A DNA stretch of 64,000 nucleotides from Thermoproteota archaeon (GCA_027492035.1 JAOZFT010000004.1:602449-666448); one strand, 5' to 3'; positions 49,314 to 59,283 are shown, numbered from the stretch's first letter. Translations and numbers: made by a program. Notes: generated by a model from the sequence alone, not told the origin.

Positions 49314-50912
49314 ATGGCTGAAGAAGAAGTAATATTTGTTAGAAGAGCTTCAGGCCTAGTTAGAGAAGTAGGGGCATTCACTGCTTTAAGCTTCGTCTTA
49401 GGCCACGTAATAGGTGGAGGAATAAACTTTCACAGCACAATGGATGCGATAAAATACCCAGGAGCAAGCATGCCGATGGCTTTTGTTATAGCAGGCATAC
49501 CAAGCGTCCTTTTAGGTGTAAGCTTTGCTTTAATGGCAGTAATGATGCCTAGGGCAGGGGGGGACTACATATTCATAACAAGGGCGATGGATCCCATTGT
49601 TGGTTTCATGTCATCATGGGCTTTCTGGTTCACTGAAGCAATAAGCTTCGGCATAATTGGTGCATTTGACAGCTGGTTCTTTGGTTTAAGCCTTTGGATT
49701 TACGGAATGATGACTCACAACCAAGGCTTAATGAACACAGGTACTTGGATGCAGTCAGCTATGGGCCAAATTATTGTTGGCTGTATCTTAGTGATAATAT
49801 TTTCAGTATTGGCATTAGTTGGTATGAGACTCTTCGGGGCAATAATGAACGTAATAGTGGGTATACCGCTAATTACTGGCATAATAACAATAGGTTACTT
49901 CGCCATGGGCACTGCAACACCTGGATTAGCCCAGGCACAGTTTAATGCAATTTTCGGCTCAGGTGCCTGGGGTAAAGTTTTCAAGGCGGCTACAGATGCA
50001 GGTTTCAGTTTGCAACAGTACGCAATGGGCAGCAACTTCGCTTCCACAATGGGTGCAGCTACCCCCGCTACTTGGGCTTACATAGGTTTCACCATGAGCT
50101 CCTTTATAGGGAGCGAAGTTAAAGACCCAAGTAGAAGCCTAATGATTTCAATGGCCCTTGGAACAGTTGTTATAATGGCATACTACGTTATACTAAGTGG
50201 CACTTGTTGGGGTGCTTTCGGGGACTTCATAACAGCCTACACTTATGCGGCTGATAAAGCTCCACAAGCTTTAGCTGCAGCCTTGGGTGTAGCTAATGCT
50301 CCACCAGGAATACTTCCGTTCTTCGGTGCTGTTTTAGCATATCCTAACACCGCTATCATGGAAATAATTGCTATAACCGGTGCAATTTGGTTAATGAACG
50401 ACATTCCTTCCTTCCTGTTGGTGACAAGTAGACAAATATTTGCTTGGAGCTTTGACAGATTCTTCCCTGAATTCCTAGCTGCAGTTAATGATAGATTCCA
50501 CACACCTCACTGGTCAATAATTGTGACAATGATAGTTGGGTTCATAGGTGTATTCGCAAATGCTTACAGCTGGTTTATAGCCTTAGTAGGCACCACTGTG
50601 CTCTGTATCTACAGGTACCTTTTTGATGCAATGTGTGCAGCAATAATTCCTTACAGCAGACCTGAAATTTATGACAAAGGACTTAAAGTAATGGTTGCAG
50701 GAGTGCCTTTGATCACGATACTTGGCATCATTGCCTTTGCTTGGTGGACATACATCTTCTATTTTGCATGTCTAGCTTTAGATCCATTAACAATAGCAAC
50801 CTACATGGTATGGATGGGTTTCGGCTTATTTATTTTCGTAGCCTACTGGGCATACAACAAATCAAAAGGAATAGACCCCACAACAATCTACAAAGAAATA
50901 CCGCCTGCCTAA
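49314..50912 (+). CDS. APC-superfamily amino acid/amine permease
   Basis: FVRRASGLVRE, MPRAGGDY, GSEVKDP, SRQIFAWSFDRFFP...FHTP, YKEIPP; about 12 TM. Confidence 0.93.
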   Translation: MAEEEVIFVRRASGLVREVGAFTALSFVLGHVIGGGINFHSTMDAIKYPGASMPMAFVIAGIPSVLLGVSFALMAVMMPRAGGDYIFITRAMDPIVGFMSSWAFWFTEAISFGIIGAFDSWFFGLSLWIYGMMTHNQGLMNTGTWMQSAMGQIIVGCILVIIFSVLALVGMRLFGAIMNVIVGIPLITGIITIGYFAMGTATPGLAQAQFNAIFGSGAWGKVFKAATDAGFSLQQYAMGSNFASTMGAATPATWAYIGFTMSSFIGSEVKDPSRSLMISMALGTVVIMAYYVILSGTCWGAFGDFITAYTYAADKAPQALAAALGVANAPPGILPFFGAVLAYPNTAIMEIIAITGAIWLMNDIPSFLLVTSRQIFAWSFDRFFPEFLAAVNDRFHTPHWSIIVTMIVGFIGVFANAYSWFIALVGTTVLCIYRYLFDAMCAAIIPYSRPEIYDKGLKVMVAGVPLITILGIIAFAWWTYIFYFACLALDPLTIATYMVWMGFGLFIFVAYWAYNKSKGIDPTTIYKEIPPA

Positions 50913-50933
50913 GCTCCCTAAATTTTCCATCCC

Positions 50934-50948
50934 TTCTTTCTTTTTTTT
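50934..50948 (+). terminator. Oligo-T archaeal terminator candidate after the permease
   Basis: TTCTTTCTTTTTTTT about 20 nt after the stop codon. Confidence 0.45.
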
Positions 50949-51118
50949 ATAGCAAAGTTAAAGAAAAATGCGTTATTTATTCTCTAAATTTAATTTCGGC
51001 TTCTTCTTTACTTTTTGATATAAATTTTTAAATAGAGGTTTATTTCCTTCCTTTTCAAGTTTTTAACTCTTTAAAACTTTTTCCTTGTGAAAATGTTTGT
51101 TGCGGGGATGGATTCGAA

Positions 51119-52087
51119 GTGGTTAGGTTATTCTTTTCAGCAGATGTGCATGGAAGCGAACTGGTTTGGAGGAAATGGTTGAACACACCTAAAATGAGAG
51201 GGGCGAATGTTGTTCTTTTCTGCGGTGATTTGACAGGTAAAAGTGTTGTTCCTTTGACAAAAAGAGGGGATAATCTATGGACTTGTAAATTATTCGGTAG
51301 GAAATGGACTATGCATAACGAAAAAGAAAAGGAGGACATGGCTAGAAGAATAAGGGAATCTGGGTATTACCCTGTAGAAATGACACCTGAAGAAATAACT
51401 GAACTTCAAAAAGATAAAAGAAAAGTTGAAAAATTGTTTGAGGAAGTGATGACCGCAAGGTTGAGGGAATGGCTTCAAATGGCTGTTGACACGTTGCCAA
51501 AAGACATAACCATTTATTGTATGCCGGGTAACGATGACGAATTTTATATAGATGAAGTGATTAAGGAATTCGATAAAAACTATGAAAACGTTATTTATCC
51601 ATTGGGGCGAGCTGTCGAAATACCAGGCTTGCCAGGTTATGAAATGATAAGTTTTGAATACGTTAACCCTACTCCTTGGAATACTCCAAGAGAAGATAGT
51701 GAAAAAGGACTTTGGAAAAGACTTGAAAAACTAAGTAAATTAGTTACTGTAGACTGGGACCATGTTCTACTTAACTTCCATTGTCCACCCTACAATACAC
51801 AGTTAGACTTAGCCCCAAAACTTGATAAACATTTAAAACCTGTAACTGTGCTGGGTCAAGTTCAAATGGAACATGTTGGAAGTAAATCAGTAAGGAAGTT
51901 TGAAGAAAAATACCAGGCTTTAATGGGTTTACACGGCCACATACATGAAAGCTACGCCTCAGATAAAATAGGAAAAACTGTTATCGTGAACCCTGGAAGC
52001 GAATACGGTTCAGGTATTCTTAGGGGGTTCATAATTGATTTATCTCCGGAAAAGGGGTTGGAAACTTATTGGAAAGTGGAGGGTTAG
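51119..52087 (+). CDS. Calcineurin-like metallophosphoesterase (Icc-related)
   Basis: ADVHGS, CGDLTGK, PGNDD, HCPP, HVGS, HGHIHE, NPGSEY. Confidence 0.9.
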   Translation: MVRLFFSADVHGSELVWRKWLNTPKMRGANVVLFCGDLTGKSVVPLTKRGDNLWTCKLFGRKWTMHNEKEKEDMARRIRESGYYPVEMTPEEITELQKDKRKVEKLFEEVMTARLREWLQMAVDTLPKDITIYCMPGNDDEFYIDEVIKEFDKNYENVIYPLGRAVEIPGLPGYEMISFEYVNPTPWNTPREDSEKGLWKRLEKLSKLVTVDWDHVLLNFHCPPYNTQLDLAPKLDKHLKPVTVLGQVQMEHVGSKSVRKFEEKYQALMGLHGHIHESYASDKIGKTVIVNPGSEYGSGILRGFIIDLSPEKGLETYWKVEG

Positions 52088-52090
52088 GAA

Positions 52091-52933
52091 TTGTCAGTTC
52101 CAGTTAAGAAGAAAGTATCCTTAACTGAAGAAGAGTTTGTTCAGGAAGCTAAAAACCTGATTGAGAAAGCTCAAAACGAAAACGTGATACTGCGAATTTT
52201 AGGAGCTTTAGCGATATACATCCACAGTGAACATTCTCCAAGGTGCATAGAACTTCATAAAGGGTTAGAAAGGCTGGGTAAAGGCAAACCTATGTTCACA
52301 GACTTGGATTTAATGGGTTACAAGAAGCAGAGAAAGGAGATCAAGAAATTCTTCATTGAAAAAATGAAGTATATCCCTGATAGATACATCAATGCCTTGT
52401 TTGGGGGTAAAAGAAACATTTACTATCATCCACAAGGAGCATTCTACGTTGACGTCTTCTTCAGCAAACTAATGTTCAGTCACGACGTTGAATTCGGTGA
52501 GAAACCGGGAAAGGGAAGACTGGAACTTGACTTCCCAACAATTACATTAACTGATTTGGTCTTGGAAAAAACTCAAATACACCAAATAAACCTTAAAGAC
52601 ATAGTTGACTTAATAGTTTTATTCCTGGGCCATGATGTCTTTGACAAAGACGAGAAAGAGTTAATTAATGGAAAATACATTGCCCAGATCCTTGCTGACG
52701 ACTGGGGTTTCTGGTATGATGCAACAAACAACTTAGAAAAAGTTAAATCTTTCACTCAACAATTTGTTGAACAAAAGAAACTAGAAGAAGAAGAGGGTAA
52801 AATAATTGCTTCAAGGGTTGATAAACTGCTTCAAATGATTGAGAATGAACCTAAAACAAAGAAATGGCAGAAAAGGGCAAAGAAAGGAACAAAGAAAATC
52901 TGGTATAGACAGGTTGAAGAAGTAGAAAGATGA
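52091..52933 (+). CDS. Uncharacterised nucleotidyltransferase-fold protein
   Basis: LRILGALAIYIH (hG-x-x-A helix), TDLDL (DxD), third carboxylate in VDVF, EKTQIHQINLKDIVD. Confidence 0.7.
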   Translation: MSVPVKKKVSLTEEEFVQEAKNLIEKAQNENVILRILGALAIYIHSEHSPRCIELHKGLERLGKGKPMFTDLDLMGYKKQRKEIKKFFIEKMKYIPDRYINALFGGKRNIYYHPQGAFYVDVFFSKLMFSHDVEFGEKPGKGRLELDFPTITLTDLVLEKTQIHQINLKDIVDLIVLFLGHDVFDKDEKELINGKYIAQILADDWGFWYDATNNLEKVKSFTQQFVEQKKLEEEEGKIIASRVDKLLQMIENEPKTKKWQKRAKKGTKKIWYRQVEEVER

Positions 52934-53166
52934 GAGAAGAAGTTATTGAGGCAATAAAACTGGTTAAAGGCAGGTTAAGAGATTCCTGCCACGGACAAGT
53001 TAAAGTCAAGGTTTTAGAGGAAACAGAGGAAGGAGTTAAACTATTGGTTGTTTACCCGAAAAAATATGATGCCATAGCTAGGGCTGTAGCTGGTTATGCT
53101 GCATTCGATGCCCTTTACCATCTTAAAGTGAGAGTGGACCTAGATTTTGCCTTATCCGAAATTTAA
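52930..53166 (+). CDS. Small hypothetical protein
   Basis: 78 aa, ATGA overlap with the upstream stop codon, host-like composition. Confidence 0.7.
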   Translation: MREEVIEAIKLVKGRLRDSCHGQVKVKVLEETEEGVKLLVVYPKKYDAIARAVAGYAAFDALYHLKVRVDLDFALSEI

Positions 53167-53206
53167 CTCTCTCCTCAGGAGTCGCTATTGTTAAACGGGG
53201 TTACTC

Positions 53207-53878
53207 TTGTTTGAAGCTGTAGCTTTCGATTTAGATGGTACATTAACTAAAGAACCGTCAAGTTGGGTTAAACTTCATAAAACATTTAAGTCAGACCCTG
53301 AAGTCATAACTAGAAACATGAAACTTTATGAGGAATCAAGAATTTCATGTCAAGAATGGATGAAAATGGATATTTTGGCTTGGAAACAGAAACTTAGCCG
53401 TTTGCCTACAAAAAAGGAAATTGAAAAAATCCTGCTGAACTATGAACTTCAAGAAAAAACTGAAGAAGCTATTCAGAAACTTAAAGAAGAAAACTTTTTT
53501 CTATGCATTATTTCAAGTGGTTTAAAAATTATAGTTGAGGACATAGCTTCAAAACTTGGTTTCGACAGGTATTTAGCCAACGAATTATTTTTTGATGAGG
53601 AAGGAAACCTGAAATGTGAAGGGAAATGTGTTGTCGACCCTAAAAGGAAGGGAGAAATTTTAGAGGCAGTAGCTGAGGAAGAAGGTTTTCCCCTAAAAAA
53701 TTTTGTAGCGGTGGGGGATAGTAAATATGATGCTTTAATGTTTGAGAAAGCAGGTTTAGGAATAGCTTATAAACCAATTGATGAAATAGTTAAGGAGAAA
53801 GCTGATTTAGTTATTGAGGGAACCCTACTGGAAGTAGCAGAAAAGATAATATCACTAAACAAACAAAGTAACCAGTAA
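53207..53878 (+). CDS. HAD-IB phosphatase (phosphoserine phosphatase-like)
   Basis: FDLDGTL, ISSG, conserved Lys, VGDSKYD. Confidence 0.9.
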   Translation: MFEAVAFDLDGTLTKEPSSWVKLHKTFKSDPEVITRNMKLYEESRISCQEWMKMDILAWKQKLSRLPTKKEIEKILLNYELQEKTEEAIQKLKEENFFLCIISSGLKIIVEDIASKLGFDRYLANELFFDEEGNLKCEGKCVVDPKRKGEILEAVAEEEGFPLKNFVAVGDSKYDALMFEKAGLGIAYKPIDEIVKEKADLVIEGTLLEVAEKIISLNKQSNQ

Positions 53879-53905
53879 CTTATCCCTTTGAAAAGGTGAA
53901 TCTTT

Positions 53906-55414
53906 TTGAATGGTGACTTAAAAAAATTCTTTAACCCTAGATCAGTAGCTGTAATCGGGGCTTCAAGGTCGAAAGGATCACCTGGTTACACTATACTGGA
54001 AAACTTGCTTTTTAACAAAAGAAAAGGAGTTTTCAAAGGAGAAATATATCCAGTAAACCCTAAAGCACAAGAAATACAAGGTGTAAAATGTTACTCCTCT
54101 GTTTTAGATATCCCTTCAAAAATAGATTTAGCTGTAATCTCTACACCGGCCAAAATTATTCCCAAATTGATTGGCGAATGTGGAACCAAAAAAATAAAGC
54201 ATGTGATTGTTGTCAGCGGCGGCTTCAATGAAGTAGGGAATCAAGAATTAACCGACAAACTTAAGGAATCAATTGAGAGGAACAAGGTGCGTTTGATAGG
54301 GCCCAACTGTTTAGGGGTAATCAACTTACATAAAGGACTAGATACATCCTTCATACCTGTTTTCAAAAAGACTTTGAAAGGTGAAAAAGTAACTTCTGCA
54401 CCTAGGCCAAAAAAGGGATATATGACTCTGCTTTCCCAAAGTGGAGCTTTTGGAACAGCTGCCCTAGATTATCTATACTCGGAAAAAATAGGAATAAATG
54501 TCTTTGTTAGTTACGGGAACAAATTAGATGTTGACGAACCAACTCTTCTAAACTACTTCCTTGAAGACGAAGATACACACGTTATTTTAATGTATGTTGA
54601 AAGCTTAGAGAGGGGGAGAGATTTCGTTGAAACAGCGAAGAAAGTCACTTTAACCAAACCAGTAGTTGTTTTAAAAGCTGGTAAGTCACCCGGTGGATCG
54701 AAAGCGGCTTCATCCCACACAGGAGCACTTGCAGGTATGCCTGAAATCTACGCTGCAGTTTTCAAACAAACAGGTGTAATTTCTGCAACAGGAATGGAGG
54801 ATTTATTTGACAAGGGTAAAGCACTTCTTTACCAGCCTCCAGCTGAAAAAGACTCTGTAGCTATTTTAACCAATGCAGGAGGCCCTGGCGTACTTGCTGC
54901 AGATGCTGTTGAGCTACAAAACCTAAAACTTACAGTGTTCGCAGAAGAAACAATGAATAAACTTTATTCCCTTGTAGGGGAAGGAGTAATTGTTCCTTAT
55001 GCTTCATTACATAACCCTGTTGATTTGTCAGGTTCCGCTACAATTGAATCCTATATAGAGGCAATGAAGGTTTTGCTTGAAGCTGAGGAAGTAGGGGCAA
55101 TAATTCTTTTCCCTCTGCATCATCCTCCCTCCATAGAACAACCTGAAACACTTGCCCTGGAACTTTCTGAGTTAATCAACAAATACAGAAAAACAGTTGT
55201 AGCCTGTAAAATAGGTGGAAGCCGAATGAGTGCAATAGTGGAAGAACTCTTGGAGAAAAGGGAAATACCTGTGTATCCCTCACCTGAAAGAGGAGTTAAA
55301 TCTTTAAAAGGCTTAGTATTTTATGGTGAATGGTTAAGGAAACATAATTTACTGAGTACCTACTTGAAAAAGTTCTGGAAGTTGAAAGAGGAAAGACAGA
55401 AAGTTGATGGGTGA
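53906..55414 (+). CDS. acdA: ADP-forming acyl-CoA synthetase alpha subunit
   Basis: PRSVAVIGAS, GPNCLG, SQSGA, SHTG (phospho-His), TNAGGPG, NPVDL. Confidence 0.93.
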   Translation: MNGDLKKFFNPRSVAVIGASRSKGSPGYTILENLLFNKRKGVFKGEIYPVNPKAQEIQGVKCYSSVLDIPSKIDLAVISTPAKIIPKLIGECGTKKIKHVIVVSGGFNEVGNQELTDKLKESIERNKVRLIGPNCLGVINLHKGLDTSFIPVFKKTLKGEKVTSAPRPKKGYMTLLSQSGAFGTAALDYLYSEKIGINVFVSYGNKLDVDEPTLLNYFLEDEDTHVILMYVESLERGRDFVETAKKVTLTKPVVVLKAGKSPGGSKAASSHTGALAGMPEIYAAVFKQTGVISATGMEDLFDKGKALLYQPPAEKDSVAILTNAGGPGVLAADAVELQNLKLTVFAEETMNKLYSLVGEGVIVPYASLHNPVDLSGSATIESYIEAMKVLLEAEEVGAIILFPLHHPPSIEQPETLALELSELINKYRKTVVACKIGGSRMSAIVEELLEKREIPVYPSPERGVKSLKGLVFYGEWLRKHNLLSTYLKKFWKLKEERQKVDG

Positions 55415-55550
55415 ACATTCCTATTAATACCTTTCTCCTCATCTACTCTCTTCAATAAGTAAAGTTAAACAGGTTTGGAAAGAATAGATTTAAAATATGT
55501 GTTTCTTCCTCCTTAGACTTAAACCATTAAAGAAGAAGTTGGTGGTTACT

Positions 55551-56762
55551 TTGCAAACTAAACAAATCAGTTTTAATGTGGCTGAGCGTGTCTCTAAATT
55601 AACATATGCAATTAGGGAATTTGTCCCTCTTGCTAAAAAACTTGAGAGGGAAGGGAGAAAAATTATTTACTTAAACATTGGAGACCCTTTAAAATATGAT
55701 TTCCAAGTCCCTAAACGCTTGATTAATGCTTTAACGAAGGCTTCAGAAGAAGGATACAACTACTACAGTTTATCTGAAGGGATACCTGAACTTAGGGAAG
55801 CTATCGCTGAAAAAGAAAAGGGAGTGAATGGAGTTGATATAGAAGCTGAAGACGTAATAATTACTCACGGTGTCTCAGAAGCCATAAATTTTGTAATAGC
55901 TTCCCTTATTCAGAAAGGAAATGAAGCGTTAATCCCAAACCCAACATACCCTCTCTACATGAACTACGTTGAATACTACGACGGTAAACCAGTCTATTAC
56001 GACTGCAAAGAAGAAAAGGGTTGGCAACCTGACCTTGACGACTTAAAAAAGAAAATAAGTGAAAAGACAAAATTTATTTTAATTATAAACCCAAACAACC
56101 CAACAGGAGCCCTATATGACGAAAAAACAATTAAAGAAGTGTTAGAAATAGCTGCCGAAAACAATTTACCAGTTATATCAGACGAAATTTATGACAGATT
56201 AGTCTTAGACGGTAAATTCAAAAGCACAGCCTCTTTAACAAACGAAGTGCCAGTCATAGGCTTAAACGGTTTCTCAAAAACCTTCCTAATGACCGGTTGG
56301 AGACTGGGGTATATTTACGTAAGAGATCCTCAAAACACGATTAAGGAAGAATTAATGAAAGCCTTTGTTTCCTTAAGCAGAAACCGGTTATGTGCCTCTA
56401 CCCCCATCCAGAAAGCAGCTGTAGCAGGTTTGAAAGGTCCTCAAAACCACATTAAAGAAATGGTTAATAAACTTAAGGAAAGAAGAAACTATGTTTACGA
56501 GAGAATAAACGAAATAGAGGGATTGTCTTCAACAGAACCTAAAGCAGCATTCTACATTTTCCCGAAAATAGATAAAATAAAGAAATGGGGAAGTGACAAG
56601 GAATTTGTGAAACAATTACTGCTGGAAAAGAATGTTTTAGTTGTTCATGGTTCAGGTTTCGGAAGTAAAGGAAATAACCATTTCAGGGCTGTTTTTCTTC
56701 CACCGATCGAGATACTAAAGGAGGGGTTAGATAAAATAGAGGAATTCCTCAAATCACCCTGA
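55551..56762 (+). CDS. Class I/II aminotransferase, alanine aminotransferase-like
   Basis: YAIRE, LNIGDP, INPNNPTG, SDEIYD, GFSKTFLMTGWRLGY, HFRAVFLP; TTG start after GGTGG. Confidence 0.88.
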   Translation: MQTKQISFNVAERVSKLTYAIREFVPLAKKLEREGRKIIYLNIGDPLKYDFQVPKRLINALTKASEEGYNYYSLSEGIPELREAIAEKEKGVNGVDIEAEDVIITHGVSEAINFVIASLIQKGNEALIPNPTYPLYMNYVEYYDGKPVYYDCKEEKGWQPDLDDLKKKISEKTKFILIINPNNPTGALYDEKTIKEVLEIAAENNLPVISDEIYDRLVLDGKFKSTASLTNEVPVIGLNGFSKTFLMTGWRLGYIYVRDPQNTIKEELMKAFVSLSRNRLCASTPIQKAAVAGLKGPQNHIKEMVNKLKERRNYVYERINEIEGLSSTEPKAAFYIFPKIDKIKKWGSDKEFVKQLLLEKNVLVVHGSGFGSKGNNHFRAVFLPPIEILKEGLDKIEEFLKSP

Positions 56763-57129
56763 AACCTTTAAATTTTTCTCCAAATTCCTTTTTCAGTCTG
56801 AAAATAGCATTTAAAAGGGACAAATTACTTTGTCCCTTCCTCCTCTCTTTTAAAGTGTTTTCCCTTCCTATTATCTCTAAAAACCTAAAAGCTTTTAGGT
56901 GGGAATATTAATAGAGCCCAATTACTGAAGAAATAACTTCTTTTTCTTAAAATCTTTTACTTTTATACGTAATCCCTAAAGTAGGGGAGTGATTTTCCTC
57001 TCTGTTGTAGGGGGCAACGTCTCCTTCTATTCCTTTAAGAATCTTTCTTTCAAAAAATTATTTATAATCAGAATCCGCTTCTCATTCCCACAGCAACTCT
57101 GAAAGTATCAGCGGAAGAGAGGGGAGGGA

Positions 57130-58263
57130 ATGTTTAAAAAAAACAGGAAAGTGGACGAAATAAATAAAAAAATCAAAAATGGAGATGTTTACGTTTTAAC
57201 AGTTGAGGAAATGAAAAAATTGATAGATGAAAGCGGTGAAGAAGTGGCTTTTAAAGAAATAGACGTTGTCACCACCGCCACCTTCGGCCCGATGTGCTCT
57301 TCAGGTGCTTTCCTAAATTTCGGTCATTCAGATCCACCGATTAAACTGGCTAAAGCATGGCTTAACGACGTTGAAGTTTACACAGGAAACGCTGCTGTAG
57401 ATTGTTATCTAGGAGCAACTAAGCCAAGTGTAAAGCAAGGAATAAAATATGGCGGTGGACATGTAATAGAGGAACTGGTTTCAGGTAAAGAAATAGAATT
57501 AAAAGCTATAGGGCAAGGAACAGACTGTTACCCCAGAAAAACTTTAACTTATCACTTCACCATCCACGACTTGAATCAAGCATTCCTGGTTAACCCAAGG
57601 AACAGTTACCAAAAATATTTAGCGGCCACTAATAGCAGCGACAAAACCATTTACACTTACTTGGGCCCCCTGCTCCCAAATTTTGGAAACGTTAATTACG
57701 CAGGCTGCGGTTGCATAAACCCCTTAATTAACGACCCAAACTATGAAACAATAGGTTTAGGAACCAGAATATTCTTGGGAGGAGGAACAGGATACGTTAT
57801 AGGTGAAGGAACACAGCATAATCCGAAACAGCAGCAAGGAACGTTGTTCGTCAAAGGGAACTTGAAAAAAATGGCTCCAGAGTATTTGAAAGGAGTAAGT
57901 TTTTATAGATACGCTCCTTCATTAGCTGTAGGTATAGGAATACCTATCCCAATCCTCCATAAAGGTATTGTTAAAAATCTTGCTATAAAGGATGAAGAAA
58001 TCTGGATTAACCTAGTTGATTACAGCGTCCCAAGCAGAGTTAGGCCTATCCTAAAAAAAGTTAATTATAAAGAACTAAAGAAGGGAGTAATTGAAGTAAA
58101 AGGGGAAAAAGTAAGGACAGGGTCTACATCAAGCTTGTTTAAGGCAAGAAAAATAATGGTCACCCTAAAGAAATGGGTAGAAGAAGGATTATTTACTTTA
58201 ACAAAACCAGTAAACCCCTTGCCAAAGGAAACAAAATATGCTGCCATGAAAAGAAGGGTGTGA
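57130..58263 (+). CDS. L-aspartate semialdehyde sulfurtransferase (MA1821/MJ0100-type homocysteine biosynthesis protein), no CBS domains
   Basis: DVVTTATFGPMCSSGAFLNFGH, YGGGHVIE, GTDCYPR, NPRNSYQ, GTRIFLGG, EGTQH. Confidence 0.92.
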   Translation: MFKKNRKVDEINKKIKNGDVYVLTVEEMKKLIDESGEEVAFKEIDVVTTATFGPMCSSGAFLNFGHSDPPIKLAKAWLNDVEVYTGNAAVDCYLGATKPSVKQGIKYGGGHVIEELVSGKEIELKAIGQGTDCYPRKTLTYHFTIHDLNQAFLVNPRNSYQKYLAATNSSDKTIYTYLGPLLPNFGNVNYAGCGCINPLINDPNYETIGLGTRIFLGGGTGYVIGEGTQHNPKQQQGTLFVKGNLKKMAPEYLKGVSFYRYAPSLAVGIGIPIPILHKGIVKNLAIKDEEIWINLVDYSVPSRVRPILKKVNYKELKKGVIEVKGEKVRTGSTSSLFKARKIMVTLKKWVEEGLFTLTKPVNPLPKETKYAAMKRRV

Positions 58264-58265
58264 AA

Positions 58266-58445
58266 ATGAAAAGCTGGAACCCGCGGAAATGTTTACATTG
58301 TGGCTTATGTGTTCCTCTTTGCCAAAACAACGCCTTCCAAAGAAAGGAAGACTCAACCATAAAATTCTTTTCTTTAAGGTGCATAGATTGCGATAACTGC
58401 TTAGTAACATTCACATGTCCAGCAGGGGCTTTCAATGATCATTGA
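58266..58445 (+). CDS. 2x[4Fe-4S] ferredoxin (MA1822-like partner, no NIL domain)
   Basis: CLHCGLCVPLC and CIDCDNC-x5-CP; ATG 58266 directly after the sulfurtransferase stop. Confidence 0.85.
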   Translation: MKSWNPRKCLHCGLCVPLCQNNAFQRKEDSTIKFFSLRCIDCDNCLVTFTCPAGAFNDH

Positions 58446-59184
58446 TTCTGTGAAAATTAAACCTGAGAAAAGGTTTTTTTCATGTTTAGAAATAAAAGAA
58501 ACAAGATGTTTGTTGATTTCAGATAAGGAAAAGGCTTTAAAAAAAGCTGCGGGGAGCATTAAAAAAACAAGGAAAGAAATAGAAGAATATACCAAATTGA
58601 ATCCCTTATTTCTACACTCATTAACCCCCCTAAGCCTATCTCTGGATGAAATAAAAACTTTACCCAAAATAATTGGGTATATGGTTTCAGAATCAAGAAA
58701 GGCAAATGTAGGACCTATGGCTTCAGTAGCCGGTGCAATAGCAGACTTTGCAGTTAATGCTATGCTGAAGGAAGAAGCTAAACTTGCCCTGGTTGAAAAC
58801 GGGGGTGAGGTTTCAATATACACTGAAAGACCTGTAAACATACTTTTAGGTGTTGGGAATCATTTGCTGTCGAAAAAAATAGTTTTTCAGGTGGATAAAG
58901 GAAAACTGGGAATAGCCACCTCCTCTGGAGTGTACGGTCATGCATTAAGTTTCGGAGAAGCAGAGGCCGTAACTATCTTTGCCAAAAACTCTTGTTTAGC
59001 AGATGCTGCAGCTACAGCTGCAGCAAACAAAGTTTCGGGTTTAAATGTGCATAAAGCAATAATTAGAGGTATTACTACTGCCAAAAAAATAAAAGGGGTG
59101 CAAGGCTGCATAATAATTTACAGAAACAAGGTAGGCCTATGGGGAAACCTACCAAAAATATTGAAAGCTGTAGGATTCTCCTAA
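58435..59184 (+). CDS. UPF0280/ApbE-like protein (COG2122, MA1715-type sulfur assimilation)
   Basis: VGPMASVAGAIA, VENGGE, IATSSG, GHALSFG, LADAAATA. Confidence 0.9.
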   Translation: MIIDSVKIKPEKRFFSCLEIKETRCLLISDKEKALKKAAGSIKKTRKEIEEYTKLNPLFLHSLTPLSLSLDEIKTLPKIIGYMVSESRKANVGPMASVAGAIADFAVNAMLKEEAKLALVENGGEVSIYTERPVNILLGVGNHLLSKKIVFQVDKGKLGIATSSGVYGHALSFGEAEAVTIFAKNSCLADAAATAAANKVSGLNVHKAIIRGITTAKKIKGVQGCIIIYRNKVGLWGNLPKILKAVGFS

Positions 59185-59283
59185 ACTAGCTAAGCAGTAC
59201 ATTAAGAAAAACAGGGAAAAATATGAAATAACGATTTTACAAAATGTCCATGGGAATTGTTTCATGTTTTCCGTTTTGTAAAG

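Noticed and set aside
58173-58265. N-terminal extension of the ferredoxin ORF in the track
   Set aside because: Overlaps the sulfurtransferase; the real start is most likely ATG 58266
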